64,000 nt of DNA from Macrostomum lignano. Taxonomy: Eukaryota. Under the pieces are notes generated by a model. It was not told the origin of the DNA. It saw nothing but the letters and a program-made list of their open reading frames with translations, and searched no databases. The stretch's first letter is position 1, and each line of letters begins with the position of its first letter. The stretch spans positions 1-64,000 of the forward strand of contig NIVC01000140.1 of NCBI GenBank assembly GCA_002269645.1. Reading direction: 5' to 3'. The position numbers and the translations under genes were made by a program. Below are positions 23,054 through 33,949 of this stretch, piece by piece.

Positions 23054-26000
23054 AGAAAGGTCCTGATGACGGATAACACACAGATAATGAATCCCGCTGC
23101 AGCCCACTAGTACCAGCTGCTTACCTGCAATACAGGCGGTGATGAAGCAGGCGATGCTGCCTGCAACCAGGGCTCTCGGGCCGCAGTGGGCGATGTCGGC
23201 CCTGCGGCTGGGCGCCATGGCGGTCAGGGCGCCAATCAGGATGCCCATGCTGCCCAGGTTAGAGAAGCCGCACAGAGAGTAAGTGGCGATCACAAACGAT
23301 TTGTCCTGTGAATTTTAAAGCATAAATAAATATACTGCGCTAGTAGTACGCGAGGTAAAAGCAGAACTTCTGAACTTCAAAATGCTCCAAATTAGCTTGT
23401 GAGACAGTTAAGAGATCTGATTTCAAGATTGAATAAAAGTGAACTAAAAAGCGTTCAGTTTAGGAGAGATGTAGTGATACTTTGTCAGCCCAAAAAACAA
23501 TGGAAAAGTGAAAGCTTATGCGCAGTACTCGTATGACAGTTTATGATGGCAATCTCCTTATTCTCAGGACTTCAAAATGTCTATTAAGGTATCCGCTCAC
23601 CTCGAAAAGAACTCCGCCCGGCAGCGTAAGGTTCAGAGATGGAAACACTACATCTGTTCCACTCCAGCTGTGCTCCACCTCTGTCAGGTTCCCCATTGCT
23701 GCCGAAAGAGCATTGTAGTTCTTCTTGATGTCGCCTAAAAACATTGAGTCAAGCTCTGAAGTTCTGGGAAGAAATTAAAAACAAACCGCACAAACAGACC
23801 GCTCACCGAGCCGCTGGTAGGCGATGAACTCGTTTAGAAAAGTCTTGATGCCGATCAGCTCGGCCACCTGTCGGCAGTCTCTGGGAGGGACTCCCATGAC
23901 CAGCGCCAGCGGCCAGAACAAGAACGACAGCACGAACTCGAATGTGAGCGGGAAGCTCAGGCCCGCTCTGTAGCCGAGCCATGTAACCGTAGAATTGATG
24001 AAGGCCAGGATGCTGACAAACGCGATGAGGTTGGCTGCGATGGCGCCGATGACGGACAGCGAGGCGATGGCGCCTGCGCCAGCAGCCTCCACGATGCCGC
24101 GGTAGCGAGCGAGCTTGAGGCGCCTCACGTCCTCGACTCGAGTCCGCGATTTGCGAGTCTCCGGGTAGACCAGCTTACTGACTGCCAGGGCGGCGGGAGC
24201 GGACATGACACTGGCGCTGAGCAGGTGCCTGGCGGGCACCCCCATGCTGATGTACGCGGCCAGGACACCCCCAGCGATGGTGGCAAACCCTGAGGTCATC
24301 ACGCTGTGTATCTCGGACTTGGTCATGAGCGGTAGGAACGGCCGCACCATCAGTGGAGCCTCTGTCTGCGCAGCAAATGTTTTGTCACAAGATTATTGGA
24401 TTGTCACAAGATTATTGGATTGTCACAAGATTATTGGATTGTCACAAGATTATTGGATTGTCACTAGATTATTGGATTGTCACAAGATTATTGGATTGTC
24501 ACTAGATTATTGGATTGTCACAAGATTATTGGATTGTCACTAGATTATTGGATTGTCACAAGATTATTGGATTGTCACAAGATTATTGGATTGTCACAAG
24601 ATTATTGGATTGTCACTAGTGCTGTGTCTGGTAACTGATGTATTTGTCTTGTTGCAGATTATCTCTTATGGCTGATATTGCTTTTTATTTGTCATGCGAT
24701 TACGAAAGCTTTGGGCCGAAGAAAAACTTAGAGAGAAGACGCGCTCGGGGGGAGGCAATACGAGGGTTTCAAGGTCGTGGTCATAGACATAAGTGAATGG
24801 GGACTACTACAGTTAGCACGTAATAAAAAGGGGACGAAACTTGCAAAGTACGAGTATGGGCTACAATTATTACGTGCATTTGCCATGCACTTCAACTAGA
24901 TTATTGGATTGTCACAAGATTATTGGATTCTCACTAGATTATTGGATTGTCACTAGATTATTGGATTGTCACTAGATTATTGGATTGTCACTGGATTATT
25001 GGATTGTCACTAGATTATTGGATTGTCACTAGATTATTGGACTGTCACTGGATTATTGGATTGTCACTAGATTATTGGATTGTCACTGGATTATTGGATT
25101 GTCACTAGATTATTGGATTGTCACTGGATTATTGGATTGTCACTGGATTGTCACTAGATTATTGGATTGGCACTGGATTATTGGATTGTCACTGGATTGT
25201 CACTGGATTATTGGATTGTCACTAGATTATTGGATTGTCACTAGATTATTGGATTGTCACTAGATTATTGGATTGTCACTAGATTATTGGATTGTCACAA
25301 GATTATTGGATTGTCACTAGATTATTGGATTGTCACTGGATTATTGTCGTGTGATGCTTGCGCGAATTGCTCCATAGACATTTGAAGTTCTCTGCCCTAG
25401 AAATTATACCCTGGACCCAGCCTAAAGACAAATTCTGTATCTGCGGCCGCTGCGTCTCCATCATGTACTCATAGATGCAGCAGGCAATCAGCAGTCCTAA
25501 AACATGCCGGATTTCGTGGCTGTACTTACTGCACTGTGCAGCAGCTATTTTACAAACTGCTTGCTGCCAACTGTGGACTGAACGGCAGAACTGGGCTCAG
25601 AAGGTGCAAGTGTTGATGAAATACACTGCCTCATATACTAATTATAACGGGTGTCCCAAAAAAAGGGTAACACTTTGTGCGCTCACTGTGAGTGAGCAGT
25701 TACACCTATAGCACAGTAATTTAACAGGTCCACAGTAAACATTTGTAAGTTTTTCCCACAAACATTTGGTTGCGAAAAATTGCTCCAGAGGCGAGTTATT
25801 GAGCACTCGCTAGCTTTTCTGCCAAGCTTTGCCATACACAGCTGCCATAGACAATCTTTTGCTTTAAAAAATCTTAAGGAGCATAGACTCTGAGACGGTG
25901 TGTGGTCAAATACCAGTTTATTTGAAAAATCGTTATTGATTTTTTGAGCTTGTAAGTGTACGCTAGCTTCTCTGCTATGCTTTGCCATAGACGGAGGCCA

Positions 26001-27690
26001 TAGACAATCTTTTGCGTAAGAAAAATGACAGAGCATGCATAGACTCTGAGACTGATCTAACGTTAAAATTTCTTAAATTTCTTAAACGTTAAGATTGTCT
26101 ATGGCAGCTGTGTATGGCAAAGCTTGGCAGAAAAGCTAGCGTACACTTCTGTGCTCAATAACTCAAATGTTTGTGGGAAAAACTTACAAATGTTTACTGT
26201 GGACCTGTTAAATTACTGTGCTATAGGTCTAACTGCTCACTCACAGTGAGCGCACAAAGTGTTACCTTTTTTTGGGACACCCGTTATTTGCATATACTTG
26301 TACATGTGCGCCCCGAAATGCTAAACTGATATTCTGTCAAAGGAAAATAGATTCCTGCATTAGGCCATGGGAACTCACCTGCCCCACAAAAATGTTGGCA
26401 GAGGCCACCATACTCTCGGCAGCCGTGGTGCCCATCACCGTCTGCATGAAGGCTCCGATGCGGCAAATGACAGCTTGCAGAGCTCCGAGGTGAAACAGCA
26501 CAGTCAGCACGGAGGAGAAGAACACAATGATTGGCAGAATCTTGAGGTGGAAATAGTAAAAGCTGGGAGTAATGTGTGTTTGTGCATTAAAACCTGGCTT
26601 GCACCTTACGCACCTTGAATGCGAAGAAGTGATGCTCGTAGTCACCACCGAAAAGGAACTTTGAGCCTGCGGCGCAGTGCTCCAAAAACTCGGAAGTGCG
26701 GTCGCCCAGGAAGTTGAAGAACAAAAATCCTGCTCTGGTTCTAAGAATCAGTACCGCGAACACCAGCTGGATCAAAATCCCGCCCAGCACCGGCTTCCAG
26801 TTAACCTGTCACATTTTTGAAGCAGCTTCAATCTTCTGGTTCCAGTATAATTGAGACTAGAGGCAGTACGTTTGCGACTCAAAAAATTTAATACTTCTAT
26901 TTTCCTAATGCGCTAGTATCTATGTACATATATATATATTTATACTACTTTATAAAGGATAATAATATCTAATTACCCTTTCAGGGTGAGCCGAGACGGC
27001 GAGCGACAGCAGCAGAAGAAGCAGCAGACCACAAGCGGACGTGATATTGGCGGGATTCTGCACGGCCATCCACACGAGGAAGGAGGCGGCAATGAAGGCC
27101 TCCGGCACCCACCAGAAGGTGCTGGCCAGCTGGAAGAGGCGGTCGCAGCGGCTGCGCAGCTGCTTTAACTGGGCAGCCGCTCGCTCCAGTGAGGGCCTAC
27201 AGCACCGAGGAGCCCAGCTGACGACAGCCAGCAGGATGGCTAAGGCCGACACCCACAGCAGGCGGATGCTCTGCTCAGCCTCCGGGGTGCCACGGAATCT
27301 TGTGGCCAGCAGGAAGCTGCAGTAAGCCAAGTAGGCCAGGAAGGCGAGCGCCGCCGCTGCCGCCGTCAGCCACTTGGCGATGCCGACGAGCCGCTTGCGA
27401 CGAGCCGCGCCCTCGGCGGAGCAGAGCAGCCGGACGCACAGCCGGTGCCAGCAGTCGTCACGAGGAGGCAGCTCCTCGAAGTCCTCATGGGCATCCAGGT
27501 CTATTTCGGCTTGCTCATGTACTTTCTCAGTGACTTCATTTCCCCCTTTTGCACCCGTGGTTGCCTCTGCCGCCGGATCCTTCAGCACTGCAAGCTGCAG
27601 TTCAACAGTGTTGGCAGTTGCGCACGAAGCCGCATCAACAGGAATCGTTACGTTCTCAAACGCCTTCGAGTTCGCGATGTGTCCGGACAT
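22596..27690 (-). CDS. SLC28A: Concentrative nucleoside transporter (SLC28/CNT), paralog B, about 651 aa
   Basis: Exons 27690-26977, 26805-26614, 26540-26379, 24365-23807, 23734-23601 and 23305-23125. Internal exon sizes (192, 162, 559, 134, 181) equal those of paralog A. The terminal exon is inferred as ag|GTCTGCATTCGTGA (GLHS*), present in each 76-bp unit, so the exact end is uncertain. Confidence 0.9.
24382..25346. repeat. 19-bp minisatellite (gattattggattgtcacaa/cta/ctg) in CNT-B intron 3, split by an insertion
   Basis: Direct reading; interrupted at 24620-24894. Confidence 0.95.
24620..24894. mobile_element. Candidate solo LTR, 275 bp
   Basis: Begins TG and ends CA; flanked by the 5-bp direct repeat actag (24615-24619, 24895-24899); internal AATAAA on the + strand; the minisatellite register resumes after it. 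Confidence 0.65.
25647..26284. mobile_element. 638-bp non-autonomous TIR element (MITE), Tc1/mariner-like, in CNT-B intron 3
   Basis: Near-perfect TIR of over 120 bp starting acgggtgtcccaaaaaaa, continuing imperfectly to about 200 bp. TA on both flanks (25645-25646, 26285-26286). No coding capacity. Confidence 0.85.
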
Positions 27691-29645
27691 TGCCGCGTTA
27701 GAATATGGTATTCTGCCTGCGAATTATCAGCTGAATTTGTATTACCTGAGTGAATATGAATCTCACTCACGCTAACAGAAAATCATGGCACTAAACATAA
27801 AGAAAACCACGTGGCTTTTTCGAGCCTCTAATAAACCATTTCGGTTGATGGCGGAGCTGCTCTGAATATTTTTAATACTAAATCTATGAATCTACTTTAA
27901 GTGTACTGTAACTCTGAATCCAGTGCCGAGAGAGCTTGCTAGTAGAGGAAACTCGAAGATAAATGACTAGTAGTGAGCTGATACTCTCATTTTCTCGTAG
28001 CTATGAATCGCAGTTTGTTACAGTTCGGTCATGGAGGCATAAATAAGCACTAGAATTTCGCAGCAAGTGTGGCTGCTTGGGAGCCGAGCCTGACGCACTC
28101 TGCCGCATGCTGAATCAATTTTGCCGCTAAATTCAAGCCGCTGGGAAACTTTGCTATTCGAAATTCTCATTGAATTTCAATGAGAGCTGCAGCGCTAGTG
28201 ATTGCTGCCAGACCTCGCGGCCTGCGCCTAGCGCGAGTGCAAATAAATGCAAACAAGAAGTGGCATTGAGGCCTGTGAAGGCACTGATATTCAAGCATAG
28301 TCTACAGATATGCTTGTGTACACACTCAATTTCCTAACGGTTTTGCTGTATTTTTGCTTTACTATTAGTCACTGACTTGCAGCAACTACTACAGCCCACC
28401 ATCAACTCGGATGATCCCATCCTATTGCAGAGTAGCAAAAGCAGTGGGAGTCTGTCATGCAGCAGGGCCTAGCAGATACGCAGGGTTTGCGTTAAATCTT
28501 AGCGTGGTTTTGAGATCATGCTCACTTTACCTTACCCAGACACCCAAACAGGTGCAATACAAATCTTAAGGCTACTTTTTGCCAAATGTGAGTACGCAAG
28601 TCCAAGTGGGACTGTAATTGTAAAAATCAAGCCAAGATTTTCCTGTGGTGAGAAGACATGAAGATGCATGCAATGTCTCTTACCGTCTGGCTTCCAATTC
28701 CTCGCTCCAGTGGCTTGGTGGCAGCGCGGCCTCCGCTGCTGCCTTTTAGCTCTGCTGGCCGGGGAGGAAGGAGAGAGGAGGTGCGCCGGGAGACCAATGA
28801 AAATGATTCCAGCCAGCAGATATCGCGAGAAAGCTGCAAGGGGCTTCAGTTGCAATTGCAAACTAAGCTGCTTGCTGTGTGAACTCGCAGACCCGCTACA
28901 ACCACTGCTACATCAGCGAGCTCCTTAGTGATGCATCTTTCGAGTTCATGTCTGTGATTTTACCTCCTCCTTGTGTAAGTGTCTGTCTATCTGGGACTCG
29001 CTCTCCGCAGTCCTCTCTTGACACCGGTCTTTGTCGTGCTGTACGTGAAATACTGTACGGACAATGTACGCACAAGTAATGCACACAAGTCTGTCTGTCT
29101 GCACCCCGCACCCCAGCAAGCAGAGGCCTGTCAAGCGGGACTTTGTGTCCCGTCCCCGCTACGGGGAGCAGGGGAATAAATAAAACAGTCTGGAGGCACG
29201 GCCTCTGCAAGCGCTGCGAACTATAAGATCGAGCTGCTGCATGCCTGCGAGGCTCACACACATGCACACGAAAATTATCTTTAGTCATTTGGAACCAGAC
29301 TCCACACCTTGGAGTGCTGACGATTGCTGGGTCTTCATTCGAATTTTCTAATGTACCCTCGTAGTATCACACGTTTATTATACCACAATGCCTCCCTAAC
29401 CAGAGAAGCACTAAAAGATAGTGTTAGTTGGCAATCTTTGCTGTAGATATGTGGAGGCTGGAAGCCGTATAGGTTCGTGTATGAAGCTTCGTTATCGGGG
29501 TGACTGCCGGGACTCAGTATATGACTAACAAACCGATGGATGCAGGCACGCATGTACTAGATAGAGATTCGAATTCGACCTCGCCCCTATCGGACTAATA
29601 AAGTGAATAGAAAGCTTAATATCAACATTTGAATATGATTGCAAT

Positions 29646-29703
29646 TTCTAACAACTTCAACGCGTTTCGCACGCCATGGTGCATCGTCAGGATTTTATTA
29701 GAA
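29646..29703 (-). ncRNA. Type I hammerhead ribozyme motif (minus-strand copy)
   Basis: Exact reverse complement of the plus-strand motif at 29777-29834. Confidence 0.7.
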
Positions 29704-29776
29704 CGATTTGAGAAATTGAGATTGATAATTGATAATTGATTTAATCAATCGCTTTCAATCTCAATTTCTCAAATCG

Positions 29777-29834
29777 TTCTAATAAAATCCTGACGATGCA
29801 CCATGGCGTGCGAAACGCGTTGAAGTTGTTAGAA
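29777..29834 (+). ncRNA. Type I minimal hammerhead ribozyme motif
   Basis: CUGACGA (29790-29796), extra U, helix II GCAC/GUGC with a 6-nt loop, GAAA (29812-29815), palindromic ACGCGU as helix III, GUU cleavage triplet. Helix I (29777-29789 with 29822-29834) pairs at 11 of 13 positions, including one G-U. Confidence 0.72.
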
Positions 29835-30682
29835 ATTGCAATCATATTCAAATGTTGATATTAAGCTTTCTATTTATTCTTCTCGCCAAGCGAGCGACTC
29901 TACCAGCAATAAAGTGAATGTGTAGGCAAGAGTGACCGATTAGCCTTGAGATTGTTTCTATCGAAATTCATACGCAATGCGCAATTCTCCCTGTACGAAT
30001 TTCGCATTAAGAGTATTTCGATCTCGAATATTTAAAAACACCTTTCTGAATAAGCGAACTTAAAACCCCACGAGTCCGAAACGCAGGACGAAGACCCACG
30101 GACTCTGCTTGGATAGCAAGCTAATATTTGCTTGCAAGGCAGTGCCCCGCCAACTCAAGCAGTAAAGCAGCGGTGCGCGTGTACTCGAGTCACGTGTCGG
30201 AAATAACCATACAGCTTGCAGCCTGAAGTTCGAAGTTCAGTCTAAGCTCAGAGAACGCGTTCACATGCTGAACTTCAAAACTAAAGCTGGGGAATCAAGA
30301 TTTGGCAAGATTATACATGCATACTGCCTTCTTTATGTTTACATTTGGGTAATCAGACTGCTTTTGATCGCAACTCCTCTGTACCGGAATTACCTCCTTT
30401 AGTTTTGCAGTCTGGCGGCCACCCGCTTCGCGCCTAAGAGCTGGAAACCGGACGGGAGATAAGAATCAGCTCTGATTGATAGCTTTGTGTCTGCCTTTCC
30501 GGCGGTTGTTTACCGCGGCTGCTGTTGCCAGGTGACTCCCAGTTTTTGCTTATATCGGTAGATACTTTTTAAGCATATTAAATCCAGTTACTCGTAGTGT
30601 AAGCAAGACACCCAGTCAAATATCAGATCGCATTATACAAATTTGCATGTATAGAGAGAGGCTTTTGAAAACTTGCGATGGA

Positions 30683-31768
30683 CCAGCCAAGCGACTGCCA
30701 AATGACACAAATCAGGCAGACAACAGGCAATATCCCAACCTTGGCCCAGCCAAGCGACTGCCAAATGACACAAATCAGGCAGACAACAGGCAATATCCCA
30801 ACCTTGGCCAAGCAAAGTGACTGCCAAATGACACAAATCAGGCAGACAACAGGCAATATCCCAACCTTGGCCCAGCCAAGCGACTGCCAAATGACACAAA
30901 TCAGGCAGACAACAGGCAATATCCCAACCTTGGCCAAGCAAAGTGACTGCCAAATGACACAAATCAGGCAGACAACAGGCAATATCCCAACCTTGGCCAA
31001 GCAAAGTGACTGCCAAATGACACAAATCAGGCAGACAACAGGCAATATCCCAACCTTGGCCAAGCAAAGTGACTGCCAAATGACACAAATCAGGCAGACA
31101 ACAGGCAATATCCCAACCTTGGCCCAGCCAAGCGACTGCCAAATGACACAAATCAGGCAGACAACAGGCAATATCCCAACCTTGGCCCAGCCAAGCGACT
31201 GCCAAATGACACAAATCAGGCAGACAACAGGCAATATCCCAACCTTGGCCCAGCCAAGCGACTGCCAAATGACACAAATCAGGCAGACAACAGGCAATAT
31301 CCCAACCTTGGCCCAGCCAAGCGACTGCCAAATGACACAAATCAGGCAGACAACAGGCAATATCCCAACCTTGGCCCAGCCAAGCGACTGCCAAATGACA
31401 CAAATCAGGCAGACAACAGGCAATATCCCAACCTTGGCCCAGCCAAGCGACTGCCAAATGACACAAATCAGGCAGACAACAGGCAATATCCCAACCTTGG
31501 CCCAGCCAAGCGACTGCCAAACGACACAAATCAGGCAGACAACAGGCAATATCCCAACCTTGGCCCAGCCAAGCGACTGCCAAATGACACAAATCAGGCA
31601 GACAACAGGCAATATCCCAACCTTGGCCAAGCAAAGTGACTGCCAAATGACACAAATCAGGCAGACAACAGGCAATATCCCAACCTTGGCCAAGCAAAGT
31701 GACTGCCAAATGACACAAATCAGGCAGACAACAGGCAATATCCCAACCTTGGCCCAGCCAAGCGACTG
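30683..31768. repeat. 63-bp minisatellite, about 17 copies, two interspersed unit variants
   Basis: Variants differ at cccagccaagcg vs caagcaaagtg; the three long ORFs here are repeat artifacts. Confidence 0.97.
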
Positions 31769-33344
31769 CTGACACAAATCAGGTAGACAATAGGCAATGC
31801 CCTAACATTGACCAAGCAACGCGTTTGCTTGCATCGTCAACGACACCAGCAGCAGCCAGCTCTGCATGGGTTGAGCTGTCCAACAGCCAGTTCAGTTCAG
31901 GGGCTGCTCACGGTGCAGACAGACACCGCGAACCCAGACCGGCCCAGGTGCTGATGAACGCTTTGCAACGGCAGTGCTGAGGAGTATTTCTTTTCACATA
32001 GTACACAGCAGTCAAGCATTGCATTAAAGCCTGTCAAAGTTGCCCACCTGATACACAAAAGCCACAAGACCAGTCACAACTGGCTCCGACATATTAAAAT
32101 TCCCCGACCGCAAATGTTGACTGAGTTGACGCAGTAGCCCAGCCTTAGCCATGCAATGAAGTTCTATCTGCTCTGCTGTGTCTCAGGATTCTGACCTTCC
32201 ATCCATCCTCGATAACAGTGCGAACTGCACCAGATCTGCGACCGCGGTAATAAAGTCTGAAATCTTCGTCTCAAGGACACCTCCGTTGCCACTGGTGCCA
32301 CCTCTCCTGCACGGACACTTGAAATGTTGAAAATTAGAAAATAGCAGGTAAAATAATGAGCAAAGGACAAACATTACATTATCAAGAGCAGCTTGAATCA
32401 GATAGTTTAACCATGTCACTGGATTATTCAAACTTGTATGCAGTTTTAATATTATAAGAAACAGGTAAAGCCAGTTAGCATGCTGTCAGTAAATATAGTA
32501 AAGATAAGTACAAAAAGCGAACAGTAAAAGACTTCAGCAGCGAATAACAGAGGGAGATTCGCTACTAACAATTTCAGGTCGTAACGGAAAAAGGAACAAA
32601 AAGCATCGCCAAGTCTGCACTATGGAAGTGGTTCGCAAGGAGCCAAGCCAGAGCTACTCGCTGCCTGGGAACTGCAGCTGATCAGCTCAAATACTCGGCA
32701 AACATCAGCAGCAGGGCGCATCCGGGCAGGTGGTGAAGAATCCATTGAGACACGCGTCAATCTGTTGCACATCTATTTGCACATCTGTCATCCAACAGAA
32801 TCGCCAGGTGTCCAAGCAGATAGCGATTTGAACTCATGATGCAAACCTGCTGTTGGTGCGCACCACAGAAACATGCAGAAATAAAAGCAAATTATAAAAA
32901 AACTGATATTCGAAAACACAGGTGAGATTAGTACTCATTAATTATTCATTTGATAGCAGCAAAAAACTGCTTTTAAACTCGAGGGATTGCTGGCGAGCAG
33001 CTCGCGAAGCATGCGCACTTCACAACACTGAAAATAATGCGGACTTGTCCTAAGCAGAGCTTGTGACAACAAAAACAAAGGACGTAGGCCCATAGGGCAC
33101 AATAATACGAATTCGACGGCCCAGCAAAGCGGCTATAAAAATCAGTGTGCAAGTTGGCTGGTGCTTGCAGCAAAGCATTAAGCTCGCGACAGCAGACTAA
33201 TTATTGAATTAAAAACGGCATAAAGATGACTAGAAAAGTGCGCGATAAAATGGTTGAGACTAGATGAACGGTGCACAAGAGCAGGGGCATGGAGGACTGA
33301 GGCTAACAGGCTTGAAGCTTGAATAGATGGAGCAGATGAAGTAG

Positions 33345-33692
33345 GGCTGTGACTGTTGGAGTGAGGGCTGTGACTGTTGGAGTGAGGGCTGTGGCTATTG
33401 GAGTGAGGGCTGTGGCTATTGGAGTGAGGGCTGTGGCTATTGGAGTGAGGGCTGTGACTGTTGGAGTGAGGGCTGTGACTGTTGGAGTGAGGGCTGTGAC
33501 TATTGGAGTGAGGGCTGTGGCTATTGGAGTGAGGGCTGTGGCTATTAGAGTGAGGGCTGTGGCTATTGGAGTGAGGGCTGTGGCTATTAGAGTGAGGGCT
33601 GTGGCTATTGGAGTGAGGGCTGTGGCTATTGGAGTGAGGGCTGTGACTATTGGAGTGAGGGCTGTGGCTATTGGAGTGAGGGCGGCGACTGT
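33345..33692. repeat. 21-bp minisatellite (ggctgtggctattggagtgag), about 16 copies
   Basis: Direct reading. Confidence 0.95.
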
Positions 33693-33735
33693 TAAAGAGC
33701 TGTGACTGCATGAGGTGCACATGAATACATGGTAG

Positions 33736-33949
33736 CAAAAGCAGTGGGAGGCTGTTATGCAGCCAGGCCTAGCAGACACGCAGTGTTACACGGGCACAAA
33801 CTCGAACAAAAGCAGTGGGAGGCTGTTCTGCAGCCAGGCCTAGCAGATACGCAGTGTTACACGGGCACAGACTCGAACAAAAGCAGTGGGAGGCTGTTCT
33901 GCAGCCAGGCCTAGCAGATACGCAGTGTTACACGGGCACAGACTCGAAC
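33736..33949. repeat. 71-bp tandem repeat, 3 copies, overlapping the formin stop codon
   Basis: Unit starts at 33736, 33807 and 33878. Confidence 0.9.

Larger units (their letters stand above)
29609..29907. mobile_element. 299-bp palindromic element with two inverted hammerhead ribozymes (probable non-autonomous Penelope-like derivative), family 1
   Basis: Inverted arms of about 119 bp (29606-29724 and about 29755-29874), loop of about 30 nt, 33-nt tail, and flanking 12-bp direct repeat aataaagtgaat (29597-29608, 29908-29919). Confidence 0.7.

Noticed and set aside
23053-23096. Alternative CNT-B exon bounded by ctgcag| and |gtaagt
   Set aside because: It would need an intron of about 28 nt and gives a peptide unlike paralog A or other CNT C-termini. 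It is not fully excluded without cDNA.
30623-31777. Regular 63-bp array as a CRISPR array or repeat protein
   Set aside because: There are no unique spacers and no cas genes, the context is eukaryotic, and the ORFs are open in three frames only because the unit lacks stops.
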